The translations under genes and the position numbers were made by a program. From an uncultured virus (IMG/VR IMGVR_UViG_2758568038_000001) (taxonomy: Duplodnaviria; Heunggongvirae; Uroviricota; Caudoviricetes): a stretch of 64,000 nt of DNA. The DNA is taken from IMG/VR virus record IMGVR_UViG_2758568038_000001. One strand, written 5' to 3'. Below the pieces are notes generated by a model. The model had not been told where the DNA came from, did no database searches, and saw nothing but the letters and a program-made list of their open reading frames with translations. Every line of letters begins with the position of its first letter. Positions within the stretch are counted from its first letter, which is position 1. Shown here one piece after another: positions 54,240-62,398 of the stretch.

Positions 54240-54415
54240 AATTCTCTGACATCTTCCGCAAGCCCTCCGCGCGCACATTGGCCCAGGTCGAGCTCGAGGA
54301 GGCCCAGCGCCAGCTCCTGCTGGCCCAAAGCAGCGCCGAGTACGCTGCTGCCATGGCGCAGTACCACCAAGAGCGCATCACCCGACTGCGGGCCATGCTG
54401 AATGAGGTTGCGTGA
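54236..54415 (+). CDS. hypothetical protein, 59 aa (MKFSDIFRKPSARTLAQVELEEAQ...)
   Basis: Translated by hand; coupled to both neighbours. Confidence 0.7.
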   Translation: MKFSDIFRKPSARTLAQVELEEAQRQLLLAQSSAEYAAAMAQYHQERITRLRAMLNEVA

Positions 54416-57393
54416 TGGGTTGGGCATCCGCTGTCCGTAAACCTACGGCCCAGACCAAGGTCGCCGCTGCCGTCAAGATCGTTTCTCGTCCGCAGATCGA
54501 GACGGCAGACGTCGACTGGGACCGGCTGGTCTCGCTTGACTTCGAAACTTTCTATGACGCCGACTACACGCTCTCCAAGTTGTCCACGTCCGAGTACGTG
54601 CGCGACGAGCGCTTTGAAGCGTCGATGGTCGGCATCAAGATCGGCAACAAAAAGACCAAGGTGGTGCCCCACAGCAAGATCGCCGCCGAGCTGGCCGCGA
54701 TCAACTGGGAGACGCACAGCGTGCTGTGCCACAACATCCAGTTCGACGGCTTCATCCTGAGCCACCACTACGGTGTCTTCCCCAAGCGCTACTACTGCAC
54801 CCTGGGCATGGCCCGGGGGCTGCACAGCAACGAAATTGGCGCAGGCCTGCACGACGTGTCGGTCTTTTACGGCGGCAAGGGCAAGATCGACGGCGGCGTC
54901 GAGGGCATGAAAGGCGTGCGCTTCAAGGAGCTTTTCGCCAACAAGCCCCTGTGGAAGCGCTCCGCCGAGTACTGCGCCAACGACGTCGACGAAACGTTCC
55001 GCATCTTCTGCGCCATGCACCCGCTGTTCCCGGCCAAGGAGATGGACCTGATCCACATGACGGCGCGCATGTTCTGCGCTCCGGTCCTGAAGATCGACAT
55101 CCCGCGCGTCCAGACCGAGTACGAACGCGAGGTCACGCGCCGCGAAGAGCTGCTGCTGAACTTGCTGAACCCCCGTGACTACGACGATGTCCTCGACGGC
55201 AAAGACAAGAAGCTCGAAGGCAAAGAGCGCGACATGCGCATTGTCAAGAAAGTCGTCGGTAGCAACGAGCGCTTCGTTGCGCTGTTCGAAGCCCTCGGCA
55301 TTGCACGCGATCAGCTGCCCCGCAAGCTGAGCCCCGCCTGGATGAAGAAAAACCAGGCCGAGCGCGAGGAAGCCATCGACAGCAAGTGGGCCTTTGCCTT
55401 CGCCAAGGATGACCTGGACTTCGTCAGCATGCCCGATCGGGTGTGGGGGTACTTCCCTCACCTCGACCCGGCCAACCCCAAAGACGTCCTGGAAGCAGCT
55501 GAGCTGTCCGAGAAGCTCCAGCAGCTGATCGACACGCGCATCGCGGTCAAGTCCACGATCAATATTACCCGGGCCGAGCGCTTCCTGAAGGCCGGCGCCA
55601 ACGGTATGGCATTGCCTGTGGGCTATGCGTACTATCGCGCCCACACAGGCCGTTGGGGCGGCAACAACAAGATGAACATGCAGAACCTCACCCGTGGTGG
55701 TGAGCTGCGCCTGTCCATCCTGGCCGACAAGGGCCACCAGATCGCTGTGGCCGACTCAGGCCAGATCGAAGCTCGCGTGAACGCGTGGCTGTGGGATCAG
55801 TTCGACCTTCTGGATGCGTTCCGCGACAAGCGTGACGTGTACAGCGAGTTCGCTACAGACATCTACGGCCGCAAGATCACGAAGGAAGATAAGAACGACC
55901 GCCACGTAGGCAAGGTCTGCTTGGCTGGGGACACGCGCGTATTCACAAACCGTGGTCTTTTATCTATAACAGATGTAAAACCGACGGATTTACTATGGGA
56001 CGGCCTCGAATGGGTAAAACACGACGGACTGATCTACCAGGGGTACAAGCCAGTACAAAAGCACCGGGGGCTGAGTGCGACCGGGGACCACGAAATTCTG
56101 ACGGCACGTGGGTGGCAGGAGTGGCGCGAGGTCCGTACAAACCCTTCCCTATTCCAGTCGGCGCTATCTTTGGCGAACTCACCGTCGTGCGCTGGGAACC
56201 CTATGTCCGCGCCGATGGCAAGCTCGAAGGCCACCGGCCTGTTTGCCGCTGTACGTGCGGCAACGAGTCCCCTGTGGCCGCGGGCAACCTACGTGCTGGC
56301 CGTTCCACGCGCTGCAACGTGTGCGCCAAGCGCGCTTCCGCTGTCAAACGGTACCGGGTCTACAAGCACGCCATGGCGGATGACGACCACCGGGCGCGGC
56401 TACTCAACCGCCTTTCGTCTGCTATCAGTCGGTGCAGCAACCCGCGCAACGCATCGTATAAGCACTATGGCGAACGCGGCATTGTCGTCTGGGATGGTTG
56501 GCGCAACGACCGAGCATCATTTTTGGTGTACGTGCAAACGCTTCCTGGCTGGGACGACCCGTCTCTGGAGTTTGATAGGGTCGACAACGACGACAGCTAC
56601 CGACCCGGCAATGTCCGGTTTGCAACCAAGTCTGTCAACACTGGCAACAAGCGCAAGGTCGAAAACCTGGAGCGGCGCATCCGCGAACTCGAAGACGAGA
56701 ACGCACGTCTACGATCTCGCAAACGCCGGACCTCGTAGTCGCTTCACAGTCATGACCGATGACGGCCCCGTCATCGTCCATAACTGCGTTCTCGGGTTGG
56801 GCTATCAGATGGGCGCACCGAAGCTCCAGATGACTCTGGCCAAGGGTGCCCTGGGCGGCCCCAAGATCGCGCTGTCCATCGACCAGTGCCAGCACATCGT
56901 CAACACTTACCGGCGCAAGTATTACGCCATCAAACAGGGCTGGGATCGCAGCAAGGACTTCATCGAACACATGTCCAACCCGGACCTCGAGCCCATCCAG
57001 TACAAGTGTCTGGAGATCGGCTTCGAGTACATCCGCCTGCCCAACGGCATGTGTCTCAAGTACCCCGACCTGCGCATGGCCAAGGGCGAAAAAGGCTGGG
57101 ACGAGTGGAGCTACCAGTCAGGCGACATCCGCAAAAAGATCTACGGCGGCCTGCTGTGCGAAAACTTGGTGCAGGCCCTGGCCCGCATCATCGTCGCAGA
57201 GCAGATGCTGATGATCGACACGAAGTACCCCGTCGTGATGACGACACACGACGAAGCCGTCACGCACCCAAAGACGAAGGACGCAGCCAAGTGCTACGCC
57301 TTCATGGAGAAGTGCATGACGACTCCGCTGTGGTGGTGCCCAGAAATCCCGCTCGCTGCTGAAGGCGGATTCGCGGAAAATTACAGTAAGTAG
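54412..57393 (+). CDS. family A DNA polymerase with 3'-5' exonuclease and intein, 993-aa precursor
   Basis: LDFET, HNIQFD, YCAND; HTGRWGG, motif A ADSGQIEAR, motif B RHVGKV-CVLGLGY, motif C THDE. Confidence 0.95.
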   Translation: MMGWASAVRKPTAQTKVAAAVKIVSRPQIETADVDWDRLVSLDFETFYDADYTLSKLSTSEYVRDERFEASMVGIKIGNKKTKVVPHSKIAAELAAINWETHSVLCHNIQFDGFILSHHYGVFPKRYYCTLGMARGLHSNEIGAGLHDVSVFYGGKGKIDGGVEGMKGVRFKELFANKPLWKRSAEYCANDVDETFRIFCAMHPLFPAKEMDLIHMTARMFCAPVLKIDIPRVQTEYEREVTRREELLLNLLNPRDYDDVLDGKDKKLEGKERDMRIVKKVVGSNERFVALFEALGIARDQLPRKLSPAWMKKNQAEREEAIDSKWAFAFAKDDLDFVSMPDRVWGYFPHLDPANPKDVLEAAELSEKLQQLIDTRIAVKSTINITRAERFLKAGANGMALPVGYAYYRAHTGRWGGNNKMNMQNLTRGGELRLSILADKGHQIAVADSGQIEARVNAWLWDQFDLLDAFRDKRDVYSEFATDIYGRKITKEDKNDRHVGKVCLAGDTRVFTNRGLLSITDVKPTDLLWDGLEWVKHDGLIYQGYKPVQKHRGLSATGDHEILTARGWQEWREVRTNPSLFQSALSLANSPSCAGNPMSAPMASSKATGLFAAVRAATSPLWPRATYVLAVPRAATCAPSALPLSNGTGSTSTPWRMTTTGRGYSTAFRLLSVGAATRATHRISTMANAALSSGMVGATTEHHFWCTCKRFLAGTTRLWSLIGSTTTTATDPAMSGLQPSLSTLATSARSKTWSGASANSKTRTHVYDLANAGPRSRFTVMTDDGPVIVHNCVLGLGYQMGAPKLQMTLAKGALGGPKIALSIDQCQHIVNTYRRKYYAIKQGWDRSKDFIEHMSNPDLEPIQYKCLEIGFEYIRLPNGMCLKYPDLRMAKGEKGWDEWSYQSGDIRKKIYGGLLCENLVQALARIIVAEQMLMIDTKYPVVMTTHDEAVTHPKTKDAAKCYAFMEKCMTTPLWWCPEIPLAAEGGFAENYSK
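55942..55970 (+). promoter_or_regulatory. candidate sigma70 promoter inside the intein, upstream of the nested nuclease
   Basis: TTCACA (55942-55947), 17 nt, TATAAC (55965-55970). Confidence 0.4.
55995..56738 (+). CDS. HNH-type endonuclease nested out of frame in the polymerase intein (up to 247 aa; start uncertain)
   Basis: FGELTV...CRCTCGN...STRC..C; SRCSNP...YKHYGERGI; EFDRVDNDDSYRPGNVRFAT...N..NKR. Confidence 0.85.
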   Translation: MGRPRMGKTRRTDLPGVQASTKAPGAECDRGPRNSDGTWVAGVARGPYKPFPIPVGAIFGELTVVRWEPYVRADGKLEGHRPVCRCTCGNESPVAAGNLRAGRSTRCNVCAKRASAVKRYRVYKHAMADDDHRARLLNRLSSAISRCSNPRNASYKHYGERGIVVWDGWRNDRASFLVYVQTLPGWDDPSLEFDRVDNDDSYRPGNVRFATKSVNTGNKRKVENLERRIRELEDENARLRSRKRRTS

Positions 57394-57420
57394 CCTTAAT
57401 AGTGTAGTAAAGGAACCCCC

Positions 57421-58095
57421 ATGACCGCACTCGAAGACCCCCGGTGGCTGGCGCTTAGCAAAGAGCGCCGTGACGCCCTGCTCGAGAAACACCGCGACAT
57501 CAACGTCTTCGATGAATGGTGGGACAGTGTCTACGAGATGTTCGTCGAGGACTGCGCCGAAAAGGGCATCGAGGTCGACACCCACACCATCAGGACCGTG
57601 GGCGGCAAACAGGCTCAGCGCCATTCGATCTATTTCTCCGGCTTCTGGAGCCAGGGCGACGGCGCATGCTTCGACGGCAGAGTCAACAACTGGATCAAAT
57701 TCTTCGAGGCTATGAAGCGCCCCGATCTGGTTACGTTGTACCAGAAGACCGATGAGGGCCTTACACTGGCCTGGTCCCATGAAGGCCGCTACTACCACGC
57801 AAACTGTGTCTCGTTCTCCAGCGAGCTGTGCCTCGACAACCCGCACGACGACGATGAGGACCCCTTGCTACATGCCGCTTGGAACATAGCGTACGAAGAA
57901 GGGTACGTTTTCGACAAGCTCGAGGAGACCTTTGCCGAGTTCGTCCGCGACCTCATGCACGACCTCTACATCTTGCTCGAAGAAGAACACGACTACCTGA
58001 CCAGCGATGAGGCTATCGCCGAGTACATCCTGGGCCATTGCGAAGAAGAGCTCGTCGAGGAAGACGACGAAGAAGAGCTTTCGCTCGAACATTGA
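57421..58095 (+). CDS. acidic hypothetical protein, 224 aa
   Basis: AAGGA RBS; IYFSGFWSQGDGACF and EHDYLTSDE motifs. Confidence 0.75.
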   Translation: MTALEDPRWLALSKERRDALLEKHRDINVFDEWWDSVYEMFVEDCAEKGIEVDTHTIRTVGGKQAQRHSIYFSGFWSQGDGACFDGRVNNWIKFFEAMKRPDLVTLYQKTDEGLTLAWSHEGRYYHANCVSFSSELCLDNPHDDDEDPLLHAAWNIAYEEGYVFDKLEETFAEFVRDLMHDLYILLEEEHDYLTSDEAIAEYILGHCEEELVEEDDEEELSLEH

Positions 58096-58121
58096 TCTTT
58101 TATCTATCTTAGATCAGTGAT

Positions 58122-58562
58122 ATGATTCACACCACCAAAGAGGACGAAATGCCTACAGCCACTGTAAGCCCCAAAGCAAAGAAGCCGGTGAAAGCCACGC
58201 CCGGCGCCATGATCGACTCGATGTGGGAGCTGCGCGAGAAGAAGCGCAAGCTCGAAGCATCGATCAAAGATCTCGATGGTCAGCTGGCTGACATCGAGTC
58301 CAAGCTCATGGAAGACATGGAGGCCAACGGCATCGACAAGATGACCGGCAAGGCCGCCGGCGTCTCCATCAGCACGTCCACAGTCGCCAACGTCGAAGAC
58401 TGGGACGCGTTCCTGGCCTGGGTCTACAAGACCAAGAACGGTCACCTCCTGCAACGCCGCGTCTCCGACCCTGCGTGGCGCGAAATGGTCGAGCTCAAGG
58501 GCGTCGTCCCCGGCACCCAGCCGTTCACCAAGAAGCGCTTAAATCTGCGCGCCCTGTCCTAA
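58122..58562 (+). CDS. hypothetical replication-module protein (likely start 58149)
   Basis: Coiled coil then VEDWDAF...LLQRRVS...VPG. Confidence 0.75.
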   Translation: MIHTTKEDEMPTATVSPKAKKPVKATPGAMIDSMWELREKKRKLEASIKDLDGQLADIESKLMEDMEANGIDKMTGKAAGVSISTSTVANVEDWDAFLAWVYKTKNGHLLQRRVSDPAWREMVELKGVVPGTQPFTKKRLNLRALS

Positions 58563-58582
58563 CCCCACCACTGAAAGTACCT

Positions 58583-59368
58583 ATGGCCACCGCCAAGAAA
58601 ACCCCCAGCACTGCCGTTGCAGTCAAGAAACCCGTCAGCTCCGCTGTTGTCTCCATCCAGGAGCAACTCAAGGCCCAGGTCGCCGCCATGGCCGGCAAGA
58701 TCGCCCCTCCTTCGGGCATCAACATCCGCATCACGCAGGACAAGAAATTCCAGCTGCCCGACGGCTCCAAAGTCGAAGGCCCGCTGGATTTGGTGATTGT
58801 TGATTTCGTTTCTCGCAATACGTTCTACGAAGGAACGTACGATCCGAACAACATCACCCCGCCCGCCTGTTTCGCCATCCATCCCGAGCCCAAGCAGATG
58901 ACGCCCAGCGACAACAGCCCGATCAAGCAGAGCGACGACTGCGCCAGCTGCCCCATGAACCAGTTCGGTTCGTCTGGCAAGGGCAAGGCCTGCAAGAACG
59001 GTCGCGTGCTGGCCGTGCTGCCGCCCGACGCCGACGCAGACACCCCGCTGTGGCTGCTGCAGGTCTCGCCTACTGCGCTCAAGGGCTTCGACGGCTTCGT
59101 CGGCTCCGTGGCCCGCACGTTCCAGATGCCGCCCATTGCCGTGGTCGCCTCGGTGGACTTCAACCCCAACGAGACCTATGCGTCGCTCACGTTCGGCGAC
59201 CCCCGCCCGAACGAGAACGTGGCCGTGCATTTCGCACGCCAGGGCGAGGCCAAGGAGCTGCTGATGGTCGAGCCCGACGTCTCCGGTTTCGGCCAGGAAG
59301 CCGCCAAACCTGCGCGCGCACCCGCCCGCCCTGCAGCGCGCAAGCCTGCAGTGGCTGGCCGCCGCTAA
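58583..59368 (+). CDS. probable ssDNA-binding/annealing protein, 261 aa
   Basis: P.CFA...CASCPMNQFGS..KGKACKN, VSPTALK; position near polymerase. Confidence 0.6.
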   Translation: MATAKKTPSTAVAVKKPVSSAVVSIQEQLKAQVAAMAGKIAPPSGINIRITQDKKFQLPDGSKVEGPLDLVIVDFVSRNTFYEGTYDPNNITPPACFAIHPEPKQMTPSDNSPIKQSDDCASCPMNQFGSSGKGKACKNGRVLAVLPPDADADTPLWLLQVSPTALKGFDGFVGSVARTFQMPPIAVVASVDFNPNETYASLTFGDPRPNENVAVHFARQGEAKELLMVEPDVSGFGQEAAKPARAPARPAARKPAVAGRR

Positions 59369-59377
59369 GGAGCACCC

Positions 59378-59599
59378 GTGGCAGTTCGCAAATGGTATCT
59401 GGACCGCGCTCTGGCTTCGTACCCGAGCTTGAAGGCTGTCATCGGCGAGCTGACGCTGGAAGAAGTAATTGCCGCTCTCGATCTTGAGAGCAGCACTTTG
59501 CGCCGGAGGTCGCTGATCGACCGGCTGGTTTCCCGAGCCGTCCGGCTCAACGAAGTTTCATTCAATCGCCAACTCAAGGAGAAATACCACCATGGCTAA
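59378..59599 (+). CDS. hypothetical protein, 73 aa
   Basis: AAGGAG RBS with GTG start. Confidence 0.7.
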   Translation: MAVRKWYLDRALASYPSLKAVIGELTLEEVIAALDLESSTLRRRSLIDRLVSRAVRLNEVSFNRQLKEKYHHG

Positions 59600-59894
59600 A
59601 GCAATCAAGACCCTGTCCAAAGCTGAACTCAAGGACGCCAAGACCAACCTCAAGGCCGCCCTGGGCGTCGTGAACGCCGAGCACGGCAAGTTCGTGTCGG
59701 ACCACAAGGCTGCGGAGAAGGCCCTGGCAGCCGCCAAGAAGGAAGCCGACAAGGCCATCGCCGTCGCACAGAAGGCCGTGGACGCTGCCGGTAAGAAGCT
59801 GGAAAAGGCCACTGCCGCTGCCGACAAGGGCCGCGCCAAGATCAACGCCCAGCTGGCCGCCCTCGAGCCTGCGGCCGAAGCCGCAACTGCCTGA
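59592..59894 (+). CDS. Ala/Lys-rich helical protein, 100 aa
   Basis: AAGGAG RBS; composition. Confidence 0.75.
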   Translation: MAKAIKTLSKAELKDAKTNLKAALGVVNAEHGKFVSDHKAAEKALAAAKKEADKAIAVAQKAVDAAGKKLEKATAAADKGRAKINAQLAALEPAAEAATA

Positions 59895-59916
59895 TTCGGT
59901 ACTTCGCAGTGCCCTT

Positions 59917-59944
59917 CCCTGCGCCGAAAGGCGCAGGGTTTTTT
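59917..59944 (+). terminator. intrinsic terminator
   Basis: CCCTGCGCC-GAAA-GGCGCAGGG-TTTTTT. Confidence 0.9.
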
Positions 59945-59971
59945 ACACCTAGATGATTGGACCGCGCAGAC

Positions 59972-60550
59972 ATGAAGCACATCATGATTGATTTGGAGAC
60001 ACTCGGCACCCGCGCGGATGCCGTGATTCTCAGCCTCGGTGCCGTGAAGTTCGACCTGACTTCCGGCAAGATCGACGACCAGGGCTTCTACGCATCGATT
60101 TCCATCGACAGCAACCAGGAACTCGGCCGTCATATTCAGGAAGACACGCTGCTGTGGTGGCTCAAGCAAGACATTGCTGCCCAGTCTGTGTTCCATGAAG
60201 ACAAGACCACCCTGCCGCAGGCACTCGAAGATTTCAGCGACTGGGTCGGCACTGACGACTACGAAGTCTGGAGTAACGGCGCTGACTTCGACATCCCCAT
60301 GCTGGCCCACGCATATGCGCAGATCCAGATGGAAATCCCCTGGAAGTTCTGGGCCAGCAACTGCTTCCGCACCTACAAGAAACTGCCCGGGGCCAAAGCC
60401 CTTGCCCAAACCGTTCCGTCCGCCGGCGTGAAGCACAACGCCCTGGCCGACGCTGTCCATCAGGCCCAGGTCCTGCACGCCATCCACACGGGTATCTTCG
60501 GCAAGGCCGCTGCAACCAACAACCCCTTCAAACCGAAAGCAAAGACATGA
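59972..60550 (+). CDS. DEDD 3'-5' exonuclease/exoribonuclease, 192 aa
   Basis: MIDLETLG, WSNGADFD, HNALADA. Confidence 0.87.
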   Translation: MKHIMIDLETLGTRADAVILSLGAVKFDLTSGKIDDQGFYASISIDSNQELGRHIQEDTLLWWLKQDIAAQSVFHEDKTTLPQALEDFSDWVGTDDYEVWSNGADFDIPMLAHAYAQIQMEIPWKFWASNCFRTYKKLPGAKALAQTVPSAGVKHNALADAVHQAQVLHAIHTGIFGKAAATNNPFKPKAKT

Positions 60551-61044
60551 GCGCACTCGACACCCAGATTGGCGGCAACCACTACAAAAACATGCCCATC
60601 CAACCGATGCAGTACAGCATGGCGAATGAGCTGGACGCATGCCAGCACACCATCATCAAGTACGTGACCCGCTTCCGTGAGAAGGGCGGCATCCAGGATC
60701 TGGAAAAGGCCAAGCACGTCATCGACATGCTGATCGAGTTTGAGCAGAACGGAGTGAAGCCGGCCCCCGCCCAAAAACCGTTCGACTTCGACGCGAAGCT
60801 GAATGAAACGCTGAAGGACAGCGCAGAAGCAGCAAACACCAAGAAGCCCCTCGACTTCGGCGCGATGCTGCGTGACGCGATCGAAGCGGCCGAAGCGGCT
60901 GAAGCCGCCAAGGCGGCCATGCCAGCCGGGCCTTACGACTGCCCCTGCGCCGCATGTACGCTGCGCCGCAAACTGAGCGCCATGTTCCCTGATGCTGAGA
61001 TCGACGTCACGTTCCTGTCGGAAGACACTGGGCGCGCTGACTGA
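60547..61044 (+). CDS. DUF3310-type (T7 gp1.7-like) protein, 165 aa
   Basis: QIGGNHY...IQP...IIKYVTR..EKGGIQDLEKA. Confidence 0.8.
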   Translation: MSALDTQIGGNHYKNMPIQPMQYSMANELDACQHTIIKYVTRFREKGGIQDLEKAKHVIDMLIEFEQNGVKPAPAQKPFDFDAKLNETLKDSAEAANTKKPLDFGAMLRDAIEAAEAAEAAKAAMPAGPYDCPCAACTLRRKLSAMFPDAEIDVTFLSEDTGRAD

Positions 61045-61463
61045 TGCCCAAAGGACCCGAGAACACCTTCATCAGCAGTGTGCACAAGCACCTGCCTGCC
61101 GGGCTTTACCGCATGAAAAACCACAACGCCTATGTCGGCGGCATCGCCGATGTCTGGTACAGCGGTGTGCGCGACCTCTGGGTCGAATACAAATTCATCG
61201 TGGTGCCCAAGCGCCCAGACACCGCCATCGACCTCCTCACCGGAAAGAACCCGGCGATCTCGTACCTGCAGCAAGAATGGCTGCGCTCACGGCACGGGGA
61301 GGGTCGCTCTGTCGGCGTGATCGTCGGGTCCAAGGACGGCGGGGTCTGGCTCCCAGGTACATCCTGGGACCAGCCCTTCGCCACAAAAGATTTTCTTCGG
61401 CATCTCATGTCGAGGAAAGAGTTGGCTGACACAATACTGAAAGAAGTCCATCATCATGGATGA
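61044..61463 (+). CDS. VRR-NUC/resolvase-like PD-(D/E)XK nuclease, 139 aa
   Basis: E..F, GIAD, WVEYK, S.LQQEW. Confidence 0.75.
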   Translation: MPKGPENTFISSVHKHLPAGLYRMKNHNAYVGGIADVWYSGVRDLWVEYKFIVVPKRPDTAIDLLTGKNPAISYLQQEWLRSRHGEGRSVGVIVGSKDGGVWLPGTSWDQPFATKDFLRHLMSRKELADTILKEVHHHG

Positions 61464-61677
61464 GAACTTTGTGGAGCAGGCCGAACGGCTTGCAGAATCC
61501 GAGGTTCAGGCCGGAATCGCCCGCGCCCGGATCAAAGACACCCCACCGCCGGATTTCGACGGTGACTGCGCATGCGGGGAAGCCATACCGCCCGAACGGG
61601 TCGGCCTTGGCTACCATCGCTGCATCCGCTGCCAGACCCTACTCGAACGAAGAGGAGGCGTCGGCAAATCAAGATAG
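61456..61677 (+). CDS. TraR/DksA C4 zinc-finger protein, 73 aa
   Basis: CACGEAIPPER......RCIRCQ. Confidence 0.8.
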   Translation: MDENFVEQAERLAESEVQAGIARARIKDTPPPDFDGDCACGEAIPPERVGLGYHRCIRCQTLLERRGGVGKSR

Positions 61678-61692
61678 AGGAGTGAATAAACC

Positions 61693-62088
61693 ATGACCCC
61701 TGAAGGCCACAACGAGCTTCTACCCGCCATCGAGGCGGTGCTAAGAACCGCTACCGAGCCGCTAGATTGTAACCAGCTGTTTGACATGCAGTCGATCAGG
61801 GCCGTCGCCCCGTCGGCCAATCGCGTCTCGGATTACCTGGGCATCCTCTTTCGCAAGGGGAAAGTCAGTCGGGTGGCCAACGAACGCAGCGACACCGTCG
61901 CCGGTCGTGCCCGCTGGGCCTACGTCTGGAAGAACAAGGAGTTGCCGGCATGGAAGCACCCCAAAGAGGTCATCGACTACAAGCCCAAGGCGATCCTCGA
62001 CCGCCCGAGTATCTACATCACGGAGGACGGAGACAACATCAACATCGAGTTGCCTCACCTGTCCATCGTGATAAAGAAAAAGAACTAG
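61693..62088 (+). CDS. hypothetical, possibly winged-helix DNA-binding protein, 131 aa
   Basis: AGGAG upstream; VSDYLGILFRKGKVSR pattern. Confidence 0.6.
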   Translation: MTPEGHNELLPAIEAVLRTATEPLDCNQLFDMQSIRAVAPSANRVSDYLGILFRKGKVSRVANERSDTVAGRARWAYVWKNKELPAWKHPKEVIDYKPKAILDRPSIYITEDGDNINIELPHLSIVIKKKN

Positions 62089-62094
62089 TCGACG

Positions 62095-62117
62095 GCCCGC
62101 TTCGGCGGGCTTTCTTC
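62095..62117 (+). terminator. intrinsic terminator
   Basis: GCCCGC-TTCG-GCGGGC-TTTCTT. Confidence 0.8.
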
Positions 62118-62137
62118 GGACCAAAAATCTTTCATCT

Positions 62138-62398
62138 ATGTTCGATCTTCTAACGAACCAAGAGTCGGCCCACGCGGCGGCTCTCGGCTGGAACCTGTGC
62201 CCTGTCTATGACATGGACAAGGCCCGCTGGGCGCTAGAAGCCCTGCCGACGGACCACCCCGCGTCGAGCGCTGTCGCCGCGCAGGCCCGTATCTACAACC
62301 TGGCCCTCAGTGGTGATGCCGTGGCGGTCAAGACGCTGCAGCTCATCGTGCGCTCCCACCAACCTGCCCCACCCGCCAAGAAAGCCCGCAAGAAATGA
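62138..62398 (+). CDS. hypothetical protein, 86 aa
   Basis: ATGA coupling to ligase. Confidence 0.7.
   Translation: MFDLLTNQESAHAAALGWNLCPVYDMDKARWALEALPTDHPASSAVAAQARIYNLALSGDAVAVKTLQLIVRSHQPAPPAKKARKK

Larger units (their letters stand above)
55918..56784 (+). mobile_element. intein in DNA polymerase motif B, 289 aa, no in-frame endonuclease
   Basis: Starts CLAGDTRVFT, block B ATGDHEIL, ends HVYDL...VIVHN followed by Cys. Confidence 0.93.
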
